This document shows positions 1-5,410 of a stretch of 6,790 bases of DNA, piece after piece. The first letter of the stretch is position 1, and the number at the start of each line of letters is the position of its first letter. The position numbers were made by a program, and so were the translations under genes. Source of the DNA: a virus (lineage: Duplodnaviria > Heunggongvirae > Uroviricota > Caudoviricetes); the IMG/VR virus record IMGVR_UViG_3300015179_000038. One strand, 5' to 3'. The notes beneath the pieces are model-generated. The model was given only the letters and a program-made list of their open reading frames with translations. It made no database searches and was not told the DNA's origin.

Positions 1-502
1 CATAATGTGCCAGGAGAACTTCGCCGCGCTGGCTTGCTCCCATCTGGTTAAGCGCCAGTGGTGCGGCGCTGTCTTCTGTTTTTTTCTTAACAGGAAGCTG
101 AATCACCAGACCATCAGAAAGATTCTGGCGCTCACGGGCCAGATATTCGCGCCAGTTCTGCACCTCCTGACCGTGCATACCCTCAGGATAAAAATTTGCA
201 TCCTGTACGCCTGCCGCCGCCAGCTTCTGACCAATCGCCTTTATCATTACTGGCGCAAGATATCCGGCCCTGAATATGCGCACGGATTTTCTGCCTTCCG
301 GCACAATTTGCAGCTTATCCAGTTCGGATAACTGCTGCTCCCCAAGCCACACAGGAGGCTCATTATCTCCGGCCATACGCGCGTCATGTTCCTGCCATTG
401 TTTTGCGTGTGACCAGGCATCACTACCCGCAAAAATAATGACTTCTGTTTCTTTGTGTTTTATGCCGCGTGACTGCTGTTTTACGTTCGGTGCCAGTTTC
501 AT
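1..502 (-). CDS. Hypothetical protein A, N-terminal 167 codons only (3' end lies beyond window start)
   Basis: ATG at 502-500 preceded by GGGGG Shine-Dalgarno (+ strand CCCCC 509-513), and overlapping the TGA stop of upstream gene B as ATGA. I re-translated the minus strand to position 2 and found no stop (MKLAPNVKQQSRGIKHKETEVIIFAGSDAWSH...GEVLLAHY). Absent from the supplied track because it has no in-window stop. Function not assignable by eye. Confidence 0.6.
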   Translation of the reverse strand, partial: MKLAPNVKQQSRGIKHKETEVIIFAGSDAWSHAKQWQEHDARMAGDNEPPVWLGEQQLSELDKLQIVPEGRKSVRIFRAGYLAPVMIKAIGQKLAAAGVQDANFYPEGMHGQEVQNWREYLARERQNLSDGLVIQLPVKKKTEDSAAPLALNQMGASQRGEVLLAHY

Positions 503-786
503 TTTTTACCCCCTGCGACCAGCATTTCACGAATTTTGCGGATATGACTTGCTGCACGTTTCTGATTTACGGCTTTACGATGGCCCACCAGCGTGAAATC
601 ACGCCGGAACTGATAAACAGGCATCACGCAGTCATATTCGTAGCCATCACGGCGGTAAGTGATGCGCCGTTCTGCCACGCCTTTTATCGTTACCGTGCCG
701 CCATAGTTATCCCGGAAAATATCGCCGGGGCGGATTTCAGGCCGAGCGGGGCCGCTGGCAGTAAAGCCAGAATTTTTCTTTTTCAT
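499..786 (-). CDS. Hypothetical small protein B (95 aa)
   Basis: Track ORF. ATG at 786-784 with GGAG about 10 nt upstream; E. coli-like codon usage (CTG, GGC, CGC); stop overlaps the start of gene A. No recognisable domain. Confidence 0.6.
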   Translation of the reverse strand: MKKKNSGFTASGPARPEIRPGDIFRDNYGGTVTIKGVAERRITYRRDGYEYDCVMPVYQFRRDFTLVGHRKAVNQKRAASHIRKIREMLVAGGKK

Positions 787-792
787 GTTTTT

Positions 793-999
793 TTACTCCA
801 GAGGCAGCTTTTTAGCGGCGAGCTCAATATCAGATGTCAGAGAAACCTGTGTATTTGCCAGGTCTAACAACAAAGAAATAAGAATTTCTTCTCTGCTATC
901 GGATTTATCGGTGCTAAGGCTGTTCATCCACATATTGACGACTTCCCTGATTTTTTTTCGCAGAGTGCAGGGCTTCAAATGCCAGGTCTTCAATATCAT
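793..999 (-). CDS. Hypothetical small protein orf68 (68 aa)
   Basis: Track ORF filling the gap between C and B in the same orientation. Its ATG lies 2 nt after the stop of C, and its last codons (CTG GAG TAA) supply the SD for B. Weak own SD, so it depends on translational coupling. Confidence 0.4.
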   Translation of the reverse strand: MILKTWHLKPCTLRKKIREVVNMWMNSLSTDKSDSREEILISLLLDLANTQVSLTSDIELAAKKLPLE

Positions 1000-1001
1000 G
1001 T

Positions 1002-1214
1002 TTATTTCGCATAATCGCCCCCGCGTAGCTGGTCTGCACTAACACCCGATTTAGTGAGCATTTCAGAAAATCCCGCAAGAGTGCTGATAAATTCGTTTTC
1101 CATTAAACGGCACTGACATTTAACCCGGCCTTTTTCCAGATACACCAGTACGCGCCCCGTATAATCTGACGGCACATTCAGCACTACAGGTAAGTGCGAT
1201 TCATGATTATGCAT
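1002..1214 (-). CDS. Hypothetical small protein C (70 aa), paralog of D
   Basis: Track ORF. ATG 1214-1212 preceded by GGGGGTGAG SD inside the 3' end of D; overlaps the D stop by 8 nt. Gap-free alignment with D from residue 19 gives about 13/40 identities (TG-LV--KGRV-C--L). Confidence 0.6.
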   Translation of the reverse strand: MHNHESHLPVVLNVPSDYTGRVLVYLEKGRVKCQCRLMENEFISTLAGFSEMLTKSGVSADQLRGGDYAK

Positions 1215-1416
1215 GTCTCACCCCCTGAATATTCGCATTAATCATTCCGGCACGTTCTGCGAGTTCCTGTAATGATTCCCTTGTTGCGACAATGGCTTCA
1301 TCTGGCAGGTGGTAATTACACACCACGCGACCTTTATCCACATTGACCAGTAGCTGCCCGGTAAATTTCTCACGAAACTGAACGCGGTTAAGGTCGGTAA
1401 GTGACAGGTTAATCAT
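1207..1416 (-). CDS. Hypothetical small protein D (69 aa), paralog of C
   Basis: Track ORF. ATG 1416-1414 preceded by AGGGGGAA SD; start overlaps the TAA stop of E (ATGATTAA). Shares the TGxxLV..KGRVxC core with C. Confidence 0.65.
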   Translation of the reverse strand: MINLSLTDLNRVQFREKFTGQLLVNVDKGRVVCNYHLPDEAIVATRESLQELAERAGMINANIQGVRHA

Positions 1417-1612
1417 GGTGTTCCCCCTGGCGAATACGGGCAGCGAATACCATCACGCAGCCATCAGGAGATTGCTGACGCGCTTCCTGTTCGCTGGTAG
1501 CCTCAATGGTAATCACGCGCGGTTGTGCCGTGCTCAGGGCGATAAAACGCCAGATGTATTTATTCAGGTTGTACGAGTCCCGCCCTTGCGGGTGTCTGGT
1601 ATAATTTCTCAT
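1409..1612 (-). CDS. Hypothetical small protein E (67 aa), first gene of the minus-strand operon
   Basis: In-frame ATG at 1612-1610 inside the 373-aa track ORF, preceded by GAGGT SD at 5-nt spacing. Translation MRNYTRHPQGRDSYNLNKYIWRFIALSTAQPRVITIEATSEQEARQQSPDGCVMVFAARIRQGEHHD looks protein-like, unlike the Cys/Arg/Ser-rich upstream part of that ORF. Confidence 0.5.
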   Translation of the reverse strand: MRNYTRHPQGRDSYNLNKYIWRFIALSTAQPRVITIEATSEQEARQQSPDGCVMVFAARIRQGEHHD

Positions 1613-1708
1613 AGCTACCTCGATACGCTTTCTATCGTTGGTGGTTAGAAGCCCGGTTAGTGTTAGCGCACTGCCGGGTTTCGTCGTTTCTGCACCTTGC
1701 ATCAGTAA

Positions 1709-1763
1709 GGTGTTGAACACCAATTTAAGCTCTGGTGTTAAACACGTCAAGTGTTGAACACTT
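1709..1763. promoter_or_regulatory. Divergent promoter region with three palindromic operator-like sites GTGTT(G/A)AACAC
   Basis: Sites at 1709-1721 (GGTGTTGAACACC), 1734-1745 (GGTGTTAAACAC) and 1749-1763 (AAGTGTTGAACACTT). Candidate + promoter: -35 TTGAAC 1754-1759, -10 CATACT 1777-1782, leading to the ORF at 1812. Candidate - promoter: -35 TTGACG at 1750..1745, -10 TTAAAT at 1728..1723, leading to gene E. The palindromes overlap both. Confidence 0.5.
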
Positions 1764-1811
1764 ATTTTTTTTCCTGCATACTGCATTTGTTTTTTGTAAG
1801 GGGTACACAAC

Positions 1812-1991
1812 ATGGCAACAAAAGCAGTAAACGCAAAATCACAAACAGTTGCGGCAAGGGTTCCGCATGAAGTTATGAACAATGTTGAGGCGGTAAAAAT
1901 GCCTGGTGAAAGTACAGGGCAGTTTGTAACAGCAGCATTAAAGCGAGAAGTTGAATACCGCCAGCGTCGCAAGGCCAAAGAGCAGGAATAA
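1812..1991 (+). CDS. Small ribbon-helix-helix (Arc/CopG-like) DNA-binding protein candidate, 59 aa
   Basis: Not in the supplied track (too short). ATG 1812 with AAGGGG SD 8 nt upstream; TAA at 1989-1991. MATKAVNAKSQTVAARVPHEVMNNVEAVKMPGESTGQFVTAALKREVEYRQRRKAKEQE fits a beta-strand/helix/G-x-S/helix RHH pattern (compare P22 Arc) by eye. Confidence 0.5.
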   Translation: MATKAVNAKSQTVAARVPHEVMNNVEAVKMPGESTGQFVTAALKREVEYRQRRKAKEQE

Positions 1992-2048
1992 CCATCACCA
2001 GCGCCGTGGTGTAAGGTATTACGGCGCATTGCTATGCAGGACAACACA

Positions 2049-2222
2049 ATGACCGATAAAGAATTGACCAAAACATTATCACCGACACGGAAAAGACGGC
2101 GCAGAAAGATAGAGCATGAATCAGAAAGATTCGCGCCATGTGCTTTTGCCCTTGAGCAATTCCTTAAAGAGTACAGGGAAAAGCGCTCATTGCAGGTATG
2201 GCAACGAACTGAACCAGACTGA
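2049..2222 (+). CDS. Hypothetical small basic protein (57 aa from second ATG; track calls 2034)
   Basis: Track ORF 2034-2222. ATG at 2049 has AGGA about 7 nt upstream; ATG at 2034 has none. Highly basic (RKRRRRK); followed by an intrinsic terminator. Weak support. Confidence 0.3.
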   Translation: MTDKELTKTLSPTRKRRRRKIEHESERFAPCAFALEQFLKEYREKRSLQVWQRTEPD

Positions 2223-2288
2223 TTGCATTGCCCACCAGCCGCAAATGTGGCATTGTTGGTGATGCTTTTGTTTTCCCTTGTTCCCACT

Positions 2289-2318
2289 GGCGACCCTTTT
2301 GCGGTCGCCTTTGTTTTG
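2289..2318 (+). terminator. Rho-independent terminator (stem GGCGACC/GGTCGCC, loop CTTTTGC, T-tract)
   Basis: Perfect 7-bp GC-rich stem 2289-2295/2303-2309 followed by TTTGTTTTG. Downstream of the + strand small ORFs. Confidence 0.6.
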
Positions 2319-2413
2319 CTTGTTATCCGGCAATAGTGGCGCTTCACCACACGGTTGATATAATTCCCCTGCACTGATCCATTTTTTTCGCAGCAGGTTA
2401 ATTGTTCAGAAAG

Positions 2414-2441
2414 GCGGTTCCTTATCGGGGCCGCTTTTTTT
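2414..2441 (+). terminator. Rho-independent terminator (8-bp stem with 2 G-U pairs, then TTTTTTT)
   Basis: GCGGTTCC 2414-2421, loop TTATC, GGGGCCGC 2427-2434, T7 run 2435-2441. No T-run on the opposite strand. Confidence 0.6.
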
Positions 2442-2582
2442 ATGCCTGAAAATACCCGATAACATGGCTTTTTAGTTTCACCAGGACGAACGAAGCCCCG
2501 CCCCTGTTCGGGCGTATATCCAGTATTCATGGTTAGATCTCTGTGTTAGTGGATGGGTGGCGGCGGTGCGCCGCCAGCCTGA

Positions 2583-2771
2583 TTAGTGAACTGCCTCGCG
2601 GCTGTCCTTCCATGCCAGAACTTCGGATAAAGACCAGCCAACGGAACGACCGCCGAGTTTACGCCGTGATGGGAATTGTCCGGTCTTCTCCAGGCGATAC
2701 CGACATGAGCGGCTCAGGCCTGTAAGTTGCTGACATTCTTTTTCACGTATAAAGCGATCTGTGCTTAACAC
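2583..2771 (-). CDS. alpA: AlpA/Vis-family phage transcriptional regulator / excisionase-like protein (62 aa)
   Basis: Track ORF; GTG start at 2771 with AAAGGGGG SD. FIREKECQQLTGLSRSCRYRLEKTGQFPSRRKLGGRSVGWSLSEVLAWK matches the AlpA (Phage_AlpA, MerR-like HTH) pattern L-G-S-R-STIYR-GxFP-K-G-R-W-E-W. Same strand as and downstream of int, as in CP4-57 and PICI-type elements. Confidence 0.85.
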   Translation of the reverse strand: MLSTDRFIREKECQQLTGLSRSCRYRLEKTGQFPSRRKLGGRSVGWSLSEVLAWKDSREAVH

Positions 2772-2934
2772 AATTCCCCCTTTGTTGTTTCTTAAAGAGT
2801 CATTGGGTGGGTTATTGGGTTGGGTTGTGTCTGATTGTGTCAGGATGATTCAGAGTTGGCAAATGTTGAGTCCGTATGGTTTACAGAAAGAGGAACAATC
2901 AGGATAAAATCATTTAAATTCATATTAATACAAA

Positions 2935-2963
2935 GGCATAAAATCTCGTTTTATGCCTTTTTT
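2935..2963. terminator. Hairpin with flanking T-runs (potentially bidirectional) between int and alpA
   Basis: Perfect 9-bp stem GGCATAAAA/TTTTATGCC with loop TCTCG, followed on + by TTTTTT and on - by TTTGTATT. Plausibly ends the int transcript before the alpA promoter region. Confidence 0.45.
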
Positions 2964-3054
2964 CTCACGCGTTAAAGCGTTATTCGCTAATGTATAAAAA
3001 ACCAGTCATACAAATAAAATCAGTCACTTATAAACCTGTGTACTTTTTCGCCTC

Positions 3055-3104
3055 TTGTTCGTGGTTGTTCCACGTTGTTTCACATTGTTCGCCGTTGTAT
3101 CTGT
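3055..3104. repeat. Five phased 10-bp direct repeats, consensus TTGTTC-NNNN (iteron-like)
   Basis: TTGTTCGTGG, TTGTTCCACG, TTGTTTCACA, TTGTTCGCCG, TTGTATCTGT at exactly 10-bp register, 43 bp 3' of the int stop. Confidence 0.6.
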
Positions 3105-3146
3105 GTGCTTATCCAGTATGCGCATACTGAAAAAACACGAAAAAAA

Positions 3147-4394
3147 TTATTTTCTTCTGGCTGCTGGTAGTGCGGTTACGTTTTCATGTGCTCCCGCCAG
3201 TATCCCTAACCGCTCCGTCCACATATCCAGCGCATTGCGTTTCGCATCCAGATAACGGGAGTGATTATAGACTCGTTGCATCCCTGGCATCTGGTGTCCT
3301 GTAAGCTGCTCCACGACATGCGGATCAACGCCTAAATCGTTCAGCATGGTTGTAAAGGTGCGCCGGATGTCATGCAGTGACCAGTGGGGGTGATTAAGCC
3401 TCCTGTGCGCTAATCTTCCATACTGCGATACGCTGGCCTCCTGTTTCACTTCCCCCAGCAATAAGCCCGTGTGCCTGTTCTGCTCCACCAGCTGCGTGAT
3501 GAACGGCAGTATTGCTTCCGGTATAGGCCGGAATATGGCTACCTTCGTTTTGCTGTGCTCCTTCGGAACGGTCCAGAGCATTTCGGTAAAATCCCACTCG
3601 CCGATCTCCGATAACCTAAGTTCGACCGTCCGGCATCCGAACACAATCAGGAGGCGGATTAGCGCGATGTAGTAGGGGGAAAATATTTTTTTGTCCAGTG
3701 CCTGCAATAATTCGCCCAGCTCTTTATTGCTTAAGACTCGTTCGCTTATATCCGGTTTTTTCCCAACGTCCGCTACGTTCAGATCATCGAGAACGTTACT
3801 GATTGCATAGCGCCGCCTCCGGCAGTACTTAAGCGCCTGTTTGCATGTCTGTAGCACGAATCCGGCAGTAACAGGTGTTCGCTTTGCCACCTGGTCAAAG
3901 CAGGCCAGCCAGTGCCGTAGCTCGCATTTATCCAGCGGCATAGCACCAATTTTGGTGATTATGTTTTTATTGATCCGGCTTTTCAGTGATTCGTAATCTG
4001 TGCGCTTTTCCTTTGCGTACGACTCAAGCCAATAGGTGAGCGCATCGCCAACCGTTACAGGCTTTAACGCTTCCTGCATGGTGTAATTCAGTTCATAGCG
4101 TGGATTTTTCCCCTCAGCCAGCCATGCGCGACACTGGGCGGCTTTTTCCCTGGCTGCTTTCAGACTCAGATCGGGATAATTTCCCAGCTTAACGCGTTCA
4201 GGTTGTGTCCCTCTTCCCATTCCGGCCCTGTATGTGAAATACCAGGTTAAAAGGCCGCTGGTTGAATGCCTGACGCTCAGGTTTCCACCGTCATTAAGAA
4301 AGGCTGTTTTTTGGACGGGTGTGCCGTTGATTTTCCTTAGTTGTGTGTCACTCAGTTTGTTAAGTGCTCTGCTCATAATTTTGATTCCGGTCAT
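3147..4394 (-). CDS. int: P4-family tyrosine integrase (site-specific recombinase)
   Basis: Track ORF 3147-4397 (GTG); ATG at 4394 or 4376 (MSRALNKLSD) is more likely. N-terminus LSDTQLRK...FLNDGGNLSV...WYFTYR fits the P4-type arm-binding domain; C-terminus has the box II HDIRRT ... LTGH ... RVYNHSRY tyrosine-recombinase motif with the catalytic Arg region GCRTVELRL. Confidence 0.9.
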   Translation of the reverse strand: MTGIKIMSRALNKLSDTQLRKINGTPVQKTAFLNDGGNLSVRHSTSGLLTWYFTYRAGMGRGTQPERVKLGNYPDLSLKAAREKAAQCRAWLAEGKNPRYELNYTMQEALKPVTVGDALTYWLESYAKEKRTDYESLKSRINKNIITKIGAMPLDKCELRHWLACFDQVAKRTPVTAGFVLQTCKQALKYCRRRRYAISNVLDDLNVADVGKKPDISERVLSNKELGELLQALDKKIFSPYYIALIRLLIVFGCRTVELRLSEIGEWDFTEMLWTVPKEHSKTKVAIFRPIPEAILPFITQLVEQNRHTGLLLGEVKQEASVSQYGRLAHRRLNHPHWSLHDIRRTFTTMLNDLGVDPHVVEQLTGHQMPGMQRVYNHSRYLDAKRNALDMWTERLGILAGAHENVTALPAARRK

Positions 4395-4398
4395 CACA

Positions 4399-4527
4399 AT
4401 TAACTACACCATTAACTACACCGATCGTTGCACAAAGGGCTACAACGTGAAACAAGCTGAAACAAGGAAAATTAAAAATCCGTTGAAAATCAAAAACATA
4501 ACGAACAACCTGAAACATTGTGAAACA
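4399..4527. repeat. Putative att / integrase arm-site region: tandem 12-mer ATTAACTACACC x2 plus phased TGAAACA repeats
   Basis: ATTAACTACACC at 4399-4410 and 4411-4422. TGAAACA at 4448, 4458, 4511 and 4521 (two pairs at 10-bp spacing), with degenerate copies at 4484 and 4502. Lies between the int 5' end and the allE start. Confidence 0.5.
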
Positions 4528-4548
4528 GTAAAAAACACTATTTGATAA

Positions 4549-5334
4549 AAGGGATATTTAAATAACGTCACCGGTTACCGCGATGATTTACTGGCTAACC
4601 GTGCGATTGTTAAACACGGTAATTTCGCACTGTTAACACCAGACGGTCTGGTAAAAAATATTATTCCGGGCTTTGAAAATTGTGACGCGACAATCCTCTC
4701 CACGCCAAAGCTGGGTGCCTCTTTTGTTGATTATCTGGTCACACTGCATCAAAACGGTGGCAACCAACAGGGCTTCGGTGGCGAAGGCATTGAAACGTTC
4801 CTGTATGTGATCTCTGGAAATATCACTGCCAAAGCCGAAGGCAAAACATTTGCCTTAAGCGAAGGTGGCTATCTTTATTGCCCGCCAGGCTCCTTAATGA
4901 CGTTTGTTAACGCCCATGCCGAAGACAGCCAAATCTTTTTATATAAGCGCCGCTATGTTCCAATAGAAGGCCATGCACCGTGGCTGGTTTCTGGCAATGC
5001 CAGCGAACTGGAACGCATTCATTATGAAGGCATGGACGATGTTATTCTGCTGGATTTTCTGCCCAAAGAGTTAGGTTTTGATATGAACATGCATATCCTC
5101 TCTTTTGCACCAGGTGCCAGCCACGGTTATATCGAAACACACGTTCAGGAACACGGTGCCTATATTCTTTCCGGTCAGGGGGTTTATAACCTCGACAATA
5201 ACTGGATCCCGGTGAAAAAAGGCGATTACATCTTTATGGGCGCTTATTCTTTACAGGCTGGTTATGGTGTAGGGCGTGGTGAAGCGTTCAGCTATATTTA
5301 CTCGAAAGATTGTAACCGCGACGTAGAGATTTAA
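4549..5334 (+). CDS. allE: (S)-ureidoglycine aminohydrolase (cupin; YlbA/AllE); frame lacks a canonical start codon here
   Basis: The track ORF starts at GTG 4807, but the frame is open and protein-like from 4549 (KGYLNNVTGYREDLLANRAIVKHGNFALL...), giving 261 codons to TAA 5332-5334, which matches the length I recall for E. coli AllE. Codon 4549-4551 is AAG, preceded by TGA TAA. Confidence 0.75.
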   Translation, partial: KGYLNNVTGYRDDLLANRAIVKHGNFALLTPDGLVKNIIPGFENCDATILSTPKLGASFVDYLVTLHQNGGNQQGFGGEGIETFLYVISGNITAKAEGKTFALSEGGYLYCPPGSLMTFVNAHAEDSQIFLYKRRYVPIEGHAPWLVSGNASELERIHYEGMDDVILLDFLPKELGFDMNMHILSFAPGASHGYIETHVQEHGAYILSGQGVYNLDNNWIPVKKGDYIFMGAYSLQAGYGVGRGEAFSYIYSKDCNRDVEI

Positions 5335-5376
5335 GTCATACCACTCGCCTGATTATTTTTAGCTATGTTGGATTTT

Positions 5377-5403
5377 GCCACGGTTTATACCGTGGCTTTT
5401 TTT
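5377..5403 (+). terminator. Rho-independent terminator of allE
   Basis: Stem GCCACGG/CCGTGGC with loop TTTATA followed by TTTTTTT (5397-5403), 43 nt after the allE stop. Confidence 0.7.
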
Positions 5404-5410
5404 GTAACAT

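Larger units (their letters stand above)
1..4548. mobile_element. Integrative element (P4-int/AlpA type, satellite- or PICI-like), right end; left boundary outside window
   Basis: Integrase plus AlpA plus repressor/operator module plus small-protein operon, abutting core genes that are contiguous in E. coli K-12 (allE, glxK). The expected neighbouring allC is absent from the window. Confidence 0.6.

Noticed and set aside
5-331. Track ORF on + strand (108 aa)
   Set aside because: It lies antisense to gene A, which has a strong SD and translational coupling; the composition is Cys/Leu/Arg-rich and not protein-like.
1-502. Gene A as a toprim-type or P4 alpha-like primase N-terminus
   Set aside because: The segment VIIFAGSDAWS only loosely resembles a toprim strand, the expected catalytic Glu is not evident, and only 167 residues are available. 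The assignment cannot be supported without a profile search.
469-867. Track ORFs on + strand (469-867, 785-1042) and minus ORF 247-432
   Set aside because: They overlap the better-supported minus-strand genes B, orf68 and A in other frames, and have no SD or coupling.
1415-1648. Track ORF on + strand (77 aa)
   Set aside because: It is antisense to gene E and the 5' UTR of the minus operon, with no SD and an unconvincing translation.
2414-2441. Possible tRNA 3' end (T-arm-like GGTTCC hairpin) as an att remnant
   Set aside because: The loop TTATC/TTCCTTA does not fit the T-loop consensus, there is no acceptor stem or CCA context, and a hairpin followed by T7 is better explained as an intrinsic terminator.
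2558-2576. GC-rich hairpin TGGCGGCG-GTG-CGCCGCCA right after the alpA stop, as an alpA terminator
   Set aside because: The loop is only 3 nt and there is no U-tract on either strand, so it is not a canonical intrinsic terminator. It may still be a structural or protein-binding element.
2543-2725. Track ORF on + strand (60 aa)
   Set aside because: It is antisense to the well-supported alpA gene.
3055-3104. CRISPR array
   Set aside because: The repeats are only 6-bp cores at 10-bp pitch with no spacers of CRISPR size and no cas genes; they are iteron-like or binding-site repeats.
3055-3255. Track ORF on + strand (66 aa), plus ORFs 3394-3597 (-) and 3469-3672 (+)
   Set aside because: They lie within or antisense to the integrase gene or over the iteron-like repeats, with no independent support.
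4234-4545. Track ORF on + strand (103 aa)
   Set aside because: It spans the int 5' end on the opposite strand and the repeat-rich att region; the translation is low-complexity (repeated INYT, KN) generated by the DNA repeats.
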